From: Spongospora subterranea f. sp. subterranea
Lineage: Eukaryota
Assembly (NCBI GenBank): GCA_049724395.1
Contig: JAUGWO010000016.1
Coordinates: 124,001-145,436 of the forward strand
Direction of reading: 5' to 3'
DNA length: 21,436 nucleotides
Part shown: positions 1 through 9,699 of the stretch, piece after piece
Layout: every line of letters starts with the position of its first letter
Numbering within the stretch: the first letter of the stretch is position 1
Made by a program: the position numbers and the translations under genes
The notes under the pieces: model-generated
Database searches by the model: none
What the model saw: the letters and a program-made list of their open reading frames with translations, nothing else
What the model was told of the DNA's origin: nothing

Positions 1-260
1 TTCCGACAGCAATCACAATTGTTCGACGGATATGCTCAACGACACAATGATTCGACAGTGAACGTGGACGATGGTGATAAGCTGTCGTCGACAACGCCAA
101 CCATGGAATGATAATCGTGCCGGACGGGTTTACCCTTGATCTCCGGAGTCCGTGACAGCCATCTGTTCGTTACAGTAGCAGTAGTAACACACCTGATTCT
201 GCCCAGCTCCTATATTGCAGTCATTCGTCATCGACCGCGCCGGCAACTCCATCAGGCTCC

Positions 261-1218
261 ATGGCCAGCGCCGTCCGTAATTTCGCAGGCCCCAGCGCCG
301 GATTGCCCCGTCTGGCGACAATTCTATTGGGCGGTGGCGCTATCGTATACGGTGGATATAACTCCCTATTCACCGTAGATGGTGGTCATCGTGCCGTCAT
401 GTACAATCGTATTGTCGGTGTTAAAGACACCATCTATCCCGAAGGAACTCATATTATGCTCCCTTGGTTCGAGACCCCGACCATCTTTGACGTTCGTACA
501 AAGCCCAAGAAAATCTCGTCCCCGACTGGAACGAAAGACATGCAAATGGTTCAAATTTCCCTCAGGTAATCAGCTCTTGCTGCACGAAGAGGGTTGTAAC
601 TGATTTATTTGTTAGAGTTCTGTACAAACCCGACGTCGCCGCTCTTCCGACCATTTTCCGACGTTTTGGTTCCGATTACGATGATCGTATCTTACCGTCG
701 ATTGTCAACGAGACTTTGAAAGCGGTTATCGCTCAGTATAACGCGGCTCAGCTGATCACAAAACGTGAGGAGGTTTCAAGAGAGATCAGAAATCACTTGC
801 AGAAACGTGCCAAGGTTATGAATTCGTTTTCTTTTTTCCTGTTTGTTCCTAATTCTGCCCCGATGCTATTTAGGACTTTTACATCCTTCTTGATGACGTG
901 TCGATTACTCACCTTAGCTTCGGTGCTGAATACACGGCCGCCGTTGAGTCCAAACAGGTTGCTCAACAAGAAGCAGAGCGCGCCAAATTCATTGTGGAGC
1001 GCGCGCTTCAGGACAAGCGATCCACCGTCATTCATGCTCAAGGAGAAGCGCAAAGCGCGCAGATGATCGGCAAAGCGTTGTCGTCCAACCCGGGTTTCGT
1101 TGAGCTACGTCGTATGGAAGCTGCAAGGAAGATTTCAGCGTCGTTGGCGGCTTCACCTAACAAAGTCTATCTCTCCGCAGAGACGCTTCTGTTAAACCTG
1201 GGGCGGCGCGCCTCATGA
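261..1218 (+). CDS. PHB2: Prohibitin-2 (SPFH/band 7 family), join(261..565,616..814,874..1218), 282 aa
   Basis: Motifs [105 protein letters not shown]. Two GT-AG introns (566-615, 50 nt; 815-873, 59 nt) join three ORF pieces in frame. Confidence 0.95.
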
Positions 1219-2239
1219 ACATGGACAGATAGGAAAGACCAAACATATTATGGCCACGTCGCCAGCTGAAAGCGGCTAATTCACTCATGGTGCTTTATAC
1301 TCAATACACCTCATAGCTATTAGTGTTTTTCATGCCGGAATATCGCGCTCAACGTGGTTCCTCTCGCGTCGACTCATGATCGAATAGATTTGACCCCGAA
1401 CCACATTTGATTTTTCTGGACAACACTTCGGACTGCAGGCACTCGCTGACAAATTGGGAACACTACTGGAAAACCTTTTCATCATCAATATATGTTAGGA
1501 CCGATCCACCGAAAACAGTTTCGCGACAATAACCCACGATCGCTTGGTAGCAGTGTCTCCGCTTCAGGTGATTCCATCGCCATCTCAATATTGTTGGAAC
1601 AGTCTGAGGTGACGCCGCCATCGCTTCTCCTTGAATCAAGTACATGACCTTTGATCGTCCAATCAACGGGACATTGTGCACGATTGGTGTCTAATGTCTA
1701 TAGTAAACGTTCATCCTCAAGGCCGACTTGCACTTTATTGAAAGAACTTCATTCTACTTCTTTGTCCTTTCGCTTGCCATAGCATCCCTCCACTTACAAT
1801 CGATGTGAGAGCAGAGGGGACCACTGTCCACATCGCGTGCCAAATTTTATTTTTTATACACACTAATTTTGGTAACACAAGATTTGTGTGTTACACACTA
1901 TTTATGATATTGGTCGTGAAAAAGGGCCACGCTAATTAGTGTGATACACACTAAATACCGGAATCGGTGTAGTGGAAAATTATTCTGTATTGCATTTTGT
2001 TTCGACGAGATCTGTCGAATTACAGAGCGTTTGCTGGAATTTAAGAAAGTTTGAAGTTGAAGATATCAAACTCCGTAACGCCATCTCAAAGGTGGTGACT
2101 GGGACTGGGACTGTACTATAGAACACGGAAGTTTTTTGACAATGTAATCCCACGGCCCTTCTCGAATAATATTCCGTACACTACCACTGGAGCCCCGTCA
2201 CGGACTCTGTCGGGTCAGTTGCGCTAATGGCCGAAGCGG

Positions 2240-3614
2240 TCATATTGATTTGAGCAATGGCAATCACGGTAGGATTGACGTATATTGTACTGTTCGCTGC
2301 GTTTCAGTCCATATGGCTTGTGATTAATTGCGAAAAAGAAACGGAACATACTGGGACAATTCAATTAGGTGGGAATTGTGAGAAGATTAGATTGATTCCA
2401 ATGAAGAAACCAACAAACGCAGCGTCAGGTATGAAGTGGATTGAAACTTTGAATCTGTCGGACAAATTTGGTGTTCACCGAATGAAGGAGCAGCTCAAAA
2501 CAGAGATTGACTCGTTGACATTGCTGCCGGATGAACAATTCAGGATTCAGTTTGGTGAGATAATCCAAGGAGCCATTTATAAGGACCTCCCCAAGGAACA
2601 ATCCAATTGGATTGTCATTCCATTTGGTATCCAAAAGTTTTCCTCAACATTAAATTATGGCGGCAGCGCGCATATCGATTTGCTTCGCAATGCTGATATT
2701 GTCACCCTGTTTCAACACTACCAGACATGGTCTCAGGACTTCTTGGAATTTTTGGCAAAGAATAACCACGTCAAAACCGCTGCGCTGGCACATTACAATG
2801 GCAACGTTGAACAATACGCAATGGAAATGTTGACACTCGTTCATACGATGAATATCTGGATACCGATTGGACCTGTTAAAGCATGGCCATTGGCATTCAC
2901 ACCGGCCACTCAATGCGATGAGACTCGCACTGAGGAGGTTGGTCAACTTCAATATCTTTTAAAGTCTGAATCTGCACCAAACGATTGGTATACACGATGG
3001 AACATGCAGACCAATGAACTTTATGTCTGGGATTCAAGGACTGTCGCCCATGCGGCCGTCAAAATAGGTGACGGGAAAGGCGAGCGATCGTCCATTGCTT
3101 GCCGACTGATGATCGTACACCCAAAAGAGGATTCGTCCCCCCGATATCATCGCCCCCCCAAGTACGATACTCTGTGTTATACCGACCGCTTTTTCCAGTC
3201 GCTTTCCCCACGTGTTTATGGAAAAGCATATACAGAAAGGAGATTGGCCAAAATGGGATATCACCGACCTTGCGTTGACCCTTTTCACCAACCTTCCGCC
3301 ATCACCTTCTAATGGCAAGACCTATGTCATACACTGGATATTGCTTTATTTTCGTAATATCTTGGACATATTTTGTTGTTAAATACACAGTGCCAAACGA
3401 TATAATTCATATTAAACTGGCAGAACTGTACAAAACATGACGCCAGAGCGGTGGAAGAGAGCGGAAGATTGACTACTATTGGACCCGGTGATCCTTTGTA
3501 TTGTGAAAGCGGTGACAGATCTTAATTGTTTGTCTATGGTGTGGGAGTGACTCTATTCTTGTTCCCCCTTCCGCCGTTCCCTTATTGGGGCAGTATTGTT
3601 AAGTCAAGATAGTT
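2240..3614 (+). repeat. Segmental duplication unit, copy 1 (partner about 5853-7226)
   Basis: Continuous similarity from GTCATATTGAT..ATGGCAATCACGGTAGG through the CDS and 3' flank to GTTAAGTCAAGATAGTTT. An upstream motif GCCCTTCTCGAAT..ATTCCGT is also shared (about 2155 and 5822). Confidence 0.95.
2257..3312 (+). CDS. Putative secreted Fe(II)/2OG-dependent dioxygenase, AsaB/CmcJ/NvfI-like (copy A, 351 aa, intronless)
   Basis: Hydrophobic N-terminus (MAITVGLTYIVLFAAFQSIWLVINC). H139-x-D141 (AHID), NIWIPIGPVKAWPLAF, WYTRWNMQTNELYVWDS, distal H265 (VAHAAV) and R277-x-S279 (ERSSIACRL) parallel the AsaB-family pattern HxD..NxWxPx.PV..WPLA..WY..M..E..DS..H.A..RxSIExR. Family call is from motif recognition only. 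Confidence 0.75.
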   Translation: MAITVGLTYIVLFAAFQSIWLVINCEKETEHTGTIQLGGNCEKIRLIPMKKPTNAASGMKWIETLNLSDKFGVHRMKEQLKTEIDSLTLLPDEQFRIQFGEIIQGAIYKDLPKEQSNWIVIPFGIQKFSSTLNYGGSAHIDLLRNADIVTLFQHYQTWSQDFLEFLAKNNHVKTAALAHYNGNVEQYAMEMLTLVHTMNIWIPIGPVKAWPLAFTPATQCDETRTEEVGQLQYLLKSESAPNDWYTRWNMQTNELYVWDSRTVAHAAVKIGDGKGERSSIACRLMIVHPKEDSSPRYHRPPKYDTLCYTDRFFQSLSPRVYGKAYTERRLAKMGYHRPCVDPFHQPSAITF

Positions 3615-3623
3615 TTGAACAAG

Positions 3624-3912
3624 ATAAACGATTATGACGCCAAAAGCTATTGGTACACGTCGCATCAACGGAGGCATTATTGCCTGGATAAACATCACCG
3701 GACGCGCGATTTTGCGATTAACAACCACTGATTACAAGTATTAATAAACCATTAACGACAAAACAGCTATTGGTATACCTCGCATTAACAGAGACATTAT
3801 CGTCTGGATAAACATCACCGGACGCACGAATTTGCGATTAACAACCACTAATTACAAGTATTAATGAACGATTATGACACCAAAGCTAATAGAATACATC
3901 GTATTAACAGGG
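3624..3912. repeat. Tandem repeat, 120-bp period, about 2.4 copies
   Basis: CTGGATAAACATCACCGGACGC..TTTGCGATTAACAACCACT.ATTACAAGTATTAAT recurs 120 nt apart (3684, 3804), followed by a partial third copy. Confidence 0.9.
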
Positions 3913-4213
3913 GCGCTGTCTAATACATCCGACAACCGGGGAGAAACAGCGATTACTGATGAATCGCTATAGAGGAGTCAAAGTGATGAACAGTATGCGA
4001 TTAGAGCCAAAACCCTTTCCCATACAGCCATCTGAGCGACGGCAGCATTAGTGCTAGGCGATAGTTGACTAAACAAACACAAACAGAGATAATTGAACCG
4101 TTAATGATTGCATATGTTGAAAATATTCACCACCTGGAACATTGTTGAAACTGCAACAGAAGACACAAGAGAAGTAAGAGGAGAATGGACAGACTATAGA
4201 TCCGGAATTTTAT
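3904..4213 (-). pseudogene. Possible spliced small secreted peptide gene lacking an ATG (ATA at the start position)
   Basis: Minus strand reads IKFRIYSLSILLLLLLCLLLQFQQCS (signal-like). Candidate GT-AG introns 4130-4069 (62 nt) and 4025-3967 (59 nt) give a 62-aa product. No in-frame upstream ATG. Confidence 0.3.
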
Positions 4214-4300
4214 GAAGAGAGAACAGAACTAACAATCGATCGATCTGGCAAATGCCGTGATCCGCAACCCTCATCCACCGCGCTCAGGGCAAAGTAAATA

Positions 4301-4903
4301 CTCCCTCCGTTCGGATTTAATGGGAACATTGTGCGCGGATTTTTGTTCGGAAATAATGGGAGCATTGTGCATAAATGGCACAATCCAATGAGCAGGTGAG
4401 ACGATGTACTCTATAAAATCTCACATTAAAAAAAAATCATATAATCAGACAATGTCGACTGCCCGAGCACTTATTCTGACTCTTTATTGAACAATTGGGT
4501 TACAAGTTGCCTGCTTCGCTGCCTCAATTGTCTCTGTTGCGCAGCATAAGTACTCGGGCCATACCGGAGGTTTCCATCAACCGTGCGTTCAAGCATAAAC
4601 TCGTAAACATTTCGCCGTTGTTCAGGAGTCAGTTCTTTGCCCTTAGAACCAATCCTTCTGTTGTCCAAGTTCCCATTGTCTTCCATTGATGCAAACCGGT
4701 ACTCCAAATATTGTCCTTAAAACTAGCAGCACTCGGGAAAACATATCTCACCGACGGTGAGCCCGTCAAAAATGATTGTTACAGGGTTGGAAAGCCAGTG
4801 CAAAAACCTTTATTTATAGCCTGCTCACGGTGTTTTTTGAGTTGATTTGACCTTAATCTCGCAAAAAAAAAACAATGCGCCCATTAAATCCGAACGGAGG
4901 GAG
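4301..4903 (-). mobile_element. Non-autonomous mariner deletion derivative with Stowaway-type TIRs (603 bp)
   Basis: TIR CTCCCTCCGTTCGGATTTAATGGG..CATTGT at 4301 with its inverse ending at 4903. TA TSD at 4299-4300 and 4904-4905. Residual ORF 4686-4471 (KELTPEQRRNVYEFMLERTVDGNLRYG) resembles the N-terminus of plant/oomycete-type mariner transposases. A TATA-like TATAAATAA lies on the minus strand at 4809-4817. Confidence 0.9.
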
Positions 4904-4959
4904 TATATCTTTGGATTATTAGACTGTGTCACAGTCATTAGTGTACCCTGTTGTGCGAG

Positions 4960-5051
4960 TGTCCAATCTCGCGCGGTAGAGGGGATAGGCCGTACAGGAT
5001 TACCCGACTAATAAGAACCCGCGAACCTTTGTATACCATACCATACCTACC
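4960..5051 (+). mobile_element. 3' terminus of a non-LTR retroelement (same end as the element at 20064-20487)
   Basis: ATAAGAACCCGCGAACCTTTGTATACCATACCATACCTACC at 5011-5051 is the exact reverse complement of 20058-20098. Weaker similarity extends upstream. Confidence 0.7.
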
Positions 5052-5520
5052 ATACCATACCTTGCCATAACATACAGTACCATACCATACCCTGCCCTAC
5101 CATACCATACCATACCCTGCCCTACCATACCATACCATACCATGCCATAACATACCATACCATACCATACCATACCATACCCTGCCTTATCATACCATAC
5201 CCTGCCCTACCATACCATACCATACCATACCTTGCCCTACCATACCATATCATACCATATCCTGCCCTACCATACCATACCATACCCTGCCCTACCATAC
5301 CATACCATACCATACCTTGCCCTACCATACCATACCATACCCACCCTACCATACCATGCCATAACATACCATACCACACCATACCCTGCCCTATCATACC
5401 ATGCCCTGCCCTACCATACCATACCATACCATACCCTGCCCTACCATACCATACCATACCACACCATGCCATACCATACCATACCATGCCATACCATACC
5501 TTACCATACCATAGCATACC
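5032..5520. repeat. (CATAC)n pentanucleotide microsatellite with CCTGC/CCTAC/CATGC variants
   Basis: About 490 bp of 5-bp periodicity, directly visible. Confidence 0.98.
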
Positions 5521-5869
5521 AATGCTCGATCGGTGGCCACTGAGGCAATAGGACGCGTCAGCTCATTCTTCTTTCTCCCGTGTATCAGAGTCCGAATATT
5601 AATTTTGACGGAGCATTCACACTGCAGAACCTCGATAAATATCGGCATCAGAGAGATTAATGTTCAATTGGGCTTGAACGAGGTCAATCATCTCCAGCGA
5701 TACATTCGGCTGCACCATTCTTGTGACGGAAAAGGATGGACGGCAAACGAGCACAATGCACGTGTCTACAGTATCTAGAGTACTGTACAAGAAAAAACAA
5801 AAATAGTAATCGGACCCCGCTGCCCTTCTCGAATCATTCCGTGCCACTGGTGTCATATTGATCTAAACA

Positions 5870-6991
5870 ATGGCAATCACGGTAGGATTGACGTACATTG
5901 TACTGTTCGCTGTGTTTCAGTCCATATGGCTTGTGTCCAATTGCCAGGGCGAGCCGGACCTTACTGGAATTGTTCGATTATATGGGATAGATAAAAAGAT
6001 TACATTGATTCCAATGAAGGTACCAACAAACGCAGCGTCAGGTATGGATTGGATTGAAACTTTGAATCTGCCGAACAAATTTGAGGTTCATCGAATGAAA
6101 GAGCAACTCAAAACAAAGATTGACTCGTTGTCATTGCTGCCGGACGATCAATTCAGAAATAAGTTTGCTGAGATAATCCAAGAAGCCATTTATGAGGACC
6201 TCCCCAAGGAACATTCTAATTGGATAGTCATTCCATTCGGTTTCTCAAAGTTTTCTACAAAAGAGGATTATGTCCAAGTACCGCATATCGATTTGCTTCG
6301 GAAAGCTGATATTGCCACCCTGTTGCAACACTACAAGATATGGTCTCAGGACTTCTTGGAATTTTTGGCAAAGAATAACCACGTCAAAACCGCTGCGCTG
6401 GCACATTACAATGGCAACGTTGAACGATACGCAATGGAAATGTTGACACTCGATTATACGATGAATATCTGGATACCGATTGAACCTGTTAAAGCATGGC
6501 CATTGGCATTCACACCGGACACTCAATGCGATAAGACTTCGGCCGAGGAGGGTCAACATCAATATCTTTCGAGGTTTGAATCTGCACCAAACGATTGGTA
6601 TACACGATGGAACATGCAGACCAATGAACTTTATGTCTGGGATTCAAGGACTGTCCCCCATGCGGCCGTCAAAATAGGTGACGGGAAAGGCGAGCGATCA
6701 TCCATTGCTTGCCGACTGATGATCGTACACCCAAAAGAGGATTCGTCCCCCCCGATATCATCGCCCCCCAAGTACGATACTCTGTGCTATACCGACCGCT
6801 TTTTCGAGTCGCTTTCCCCACGTGTTTATGGAGAAGCATATACAGAAGAGACATTGGCCGAAATGGGATATCACGAACCTTGCGCTGACCGTTTCACCAA
6901 CCTTCCACCATCACCTTCTAATGACAAGACCGATGTCATACACTGTATATTGTTGTATTTTCGTAAGATCTTGGACATATTTTGTTTGTAA
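5870..6991 (+). CDS. Putative secreted Fe(II)/2OG-dependent dioxygenase, AsaB/CmcJ/NvfI-like (copy B, 373 aa, intronless)
   Basis: Close paralogue of 2257-3312 with the same signal-like N-terminus, PHID, NIWIPIEPVKAWPLAF, VPHAAV and ERSSIACRL. The C-terminus differs through a 1-nt indel near 6892. Confidence 0.75.
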   Translation: MAITVGLTYIVLFAVFQSIWLVSNCQGEPDLTGIVRLYGIDKKITLIPMKVPTNAASGMDWIETLNLPNKFEVHRMKEQLKTKIDSLSLLPDDQFRNKFAEIIQEAIYEDLPKEHSNWIVIPFGFSKFSTKEDYVQVPHIDLLRKADIATLLQHYKIWSQDFLEFLAKNNHVKTAALAHYNGNVERYAMEMLTLDYTMNIWIPIEPVKAWPLAFTPDTQCDKTSAEEGQHQYLSRFESAPNDWYTRWNMQTNELYVWDSRTVPHAAVKIGDGKGERSSIACRLMIVHPKEDSSPPISSPPKYDTLCYTDRFFESLSPRVYGEAYTEETLAEMGYHEPCADRFTNLPPSPSNDKTDVIHCILLYFRKILDIFCL

Positions 6992-8046
6992 TACACAGTG
7001 GCAAACGATATAATTCATTCGTATTAAACTGGCAGAACTGTACAAAACATGACGCCAGAGCGGTGGAAGAGAGCGGAAGATTGACTACTATTGGACCCGT
7101 TAATACTTTGTATTGTCAAAGCGGTGACAGGTCTTATTTGATTGTCTATGGTGTGGGAGTGACTCTATTCTTGTTCCCCCTTCCGCCGTTCCCTTATTGG
7201 AGCAGTATTGTTAAGTCAAGATAGTTTCTCTAAATCCCCTGACCGTAATCCCATATTTGATGACAATAATCACTTGATTTAATCTGATCATGTCAGATCC
7301 TTTAGTGTTCGCCACTCCTCACTATTGTTCTCTCACAATGGACTATCCCTATAAAATTTCCAATTGATCTCCCCAATCAATAATCCCCCAGAATCACTAT
7401 ATGGTCCCAGCCCCATCAGCCTATCGCTGCTGTAATATTAGGGATTTGCAATCGATGTTCATTCCGTCCCTTCGATTCAATCTTCCATTGCACTATCCTT
7501 GGGTTTTTTTGGTGCGACGTCCTCGAATTGGATTGATGGATTGAAGGTCGGAACAAAGCCACTGGATTTCAACGACCAAAGATCGCCGCATTCTGTAGTA
7601 CAAACCTAGAACCCGCACAAGAAGCATTTTCACCCTTTGGTTGATTATGATCCGCCAACCACTTGATATATTGAACCATTTTTGGAACCAATTCCTGCAG
7701 ATGTAATTACGTGTTTCTCCATTGTTTATTCTCTCGCTACACCAGCTAGAACGATTGTCACCATTGACCTGGTGAATGAGGAGTTTTGACCATCCGCTTT
7801 TGACAACGATTTCAGCAGATTGGGTCAGTGAACCATTAGTGTTGCCGCCGCCGGCAGTTGTCTTCAAACCCGATCGAACACAGGTTTATGAGGGCGACAG
7901 GCTGATCGTCAACCAGGGCACTGGATGTCGCAAAGTGATTGTCGACATGCAACTTGCGTCAGATCCATCAATGAATTCGGAAGTTGATGGCGATGGAATG
8001 GGGCGGACGCGACGACATTAAGACATTCGATTACCCGCTCTGAATA

Positions 8047-8172
8047 CAGTGAAACCTCCATATAAGGTACAGCCCATAAAAGGTACAGTTCCATATATGG
8101 TACGTTTTTTTTTTCAAAATAGCAAACCCCGGATTTTCCATAATAAAACCTCTCTATAAAAAGTACAAACTC
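8047..8172 (+). mobile_element. Solo terminus of a pogo/Tigger-like DNA transposon
   Basis: TA|CAGTGAAACCTC start, three subterminal CCATAWAWGGTAC repeats and a second AAACCTC..TATAA copy near 8146. I found no matching inverted end in the window. Confidence 0.55.
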
Positions 8173-8366
8173 TGTTAAAAATCAACATCATCATAATAAG
8201 CCACTCCACAAAGCCGTTTAGCACAAATATCCGAAAATGGATTGATAATTCTTTTCCAAAATTACGAGACAGCAGGGAATGGAATACGACAATACACTAC
8301 TGCATCATAAACAGGGAAACCCATTGGCCCCAATGGAACACGCCAGGCCTCAACCACTATGCAACT

Positions 8367-9296
8367 TTGTTCCCGGTAAATATGGACGGCCGAAACTCAA
8401 ACTTGAATGCCCTGATGACAGAAGAACAGTGTGAGCAGTACATCTGTTACTATAAAGAGAATCCCACTAACCATAACGACACACAAAAACCAGACGCAAC
8501 CACCGAAGAACACAGCAAACAAAACTCCAATTTGACCCACAAAAACAACGAAGAGCCTCCAAACACTGACTGTAAAAAACTCTCATGTGGCAGCAGGACC
8601 AAACAGAACCTTCAACAACAAACAAAAACTGATAATAACATGAAAAACGTAAACAAAAGTAGTCGCACACCCAAAAGAAGCAAAAAACGACTCATTCCGT
8701 ACTGCACTGAGGATGACAAACCTGCTAGGACCCACGAACTCAAACTGAAAAGGTTAAAATCACAACCAACCAATAAACGATTCCTGGAAACTGAGGCTGA
8801 AATTCAAGGCCATAAATCCAAGAGGAGACACCTCAGTGCAAATGAGCCCGAATTCAGCCAATTTGCAAATAGCTCATCAATGGTCCAACTAATTCCAGGA
8901 CCCAAGCAACCTTGCCAGCATAGACTGATGCAATCCAAAATTCCCCACTTTTTCAAAGTTAATCAAAAAACCCACAAATTACTTCTAGGTAACACGACTA
9001 CCAAACAACAACTGGTAAAAACAAAACAACCAACAAAACCCATATCGCTACGATATGAGACCATGAAAAAGCAAACCGTATTAACAACTACTTCAGCACA
9101 GCACAAGATACGAGACCCTTCAAGAAAAAACACACAGGCATAAACAAGGTCGCCAATCACGACTATCGAATTGCACAATGGAATGCCGGCCGGCTAACGG
9201 AGATTAAGTCTTATGAACTGGCTCGATTCACAAACAAACACAAGATCGACGTTATATGCATATCCGAGCTAGGGCACAGAAGAAGAATAGCCGGAA
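8367..9296 (+). mobile_element. LINE fragment: K/Q/T/N-rich ORF followed by the start of an AP-endonuclease domain
   Basis: About 9170-9295 translates IAQWNAGRLTEIKSYELARFTNKHKIDVICISELG, matching the APE N-terminal QWNxxG...D(V/I)IC(I/L)xE motif. The strand is strongly A-rich. It is cut off by the gypsy fragment. Assigning the 258-aa ORF to the LINE is inference. Confidence 0.7.
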
Positions 9297-9655
9297 TGTC
9301 GTCCAGGTAAACCACAACGTATCGTCCCAAAATGTCGCGAAAGATGGAGTTAACTACTGCTTGCCAGGATGACGGGGAATTTGCCATTCCGAAGGGCATA
9401 ACGAGCCATTCGAAATTCCCGAAGTTCGTAGTGATGGCCGACTTCGGTACGTCCGCTGGGCGTATGAGTAATTGATGAAAGGCGCTACGCAGGTCAAATT
9501 TCGAGTAGATGGTGGCACGCCCCGTATGGTGCAGAAGGTCGTCTGCACTAGGGACAGGTGTTTTATCCTTGATAGTGATGGCATTCAATGCCCGGTAATC
9601 TAGACACAAACGTAGGACCCATCGGTTTTTTTGCGAACAGGACTGGCGCGCCTGT
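9296..9655 (-). mobile_element. Ty3/gypsy reverse transcriptase fragment
   Basis: GAPVLFAKKTDGS (frameshift) LRLCLDYRALN..YSKFDLRSAFHQL..FGNFEWLVMPFGMANSP..VVVYLDDI. Confidence 0.92.
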
Positions 9656-9699
9656 GTCTCCGACTCAAGCGCCGCTGGCGTTGTCTGGGCCAATAAGAT

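Noticed and set aside
1..111. Open frame ending in TGA at 111, a possible 3' end of an upstream gene
   Set aside because: Only 36 codons with no recognisable motif.
1463..1800. 72-aa minus-strand ORF and surroundings
   Set aside because: Non-ATG start, no recognisable motif, and no convincing splice model.
2425..3318. Antisense ORFs over the dioxygenase genes (also 6245-6854)
   Set aside because: Shadow frames of the plus-strand CDSs.
5122..5648. ORFs with YHTIP / MVWYG repeats
   Set aside because: These are translations of the CATAC microsatellite.
7230..8040. ORFs 7493-7867 and 7776-8021
   Set aside because: No recognisable family. This may be decayed coding sequence but I cannot support a call.
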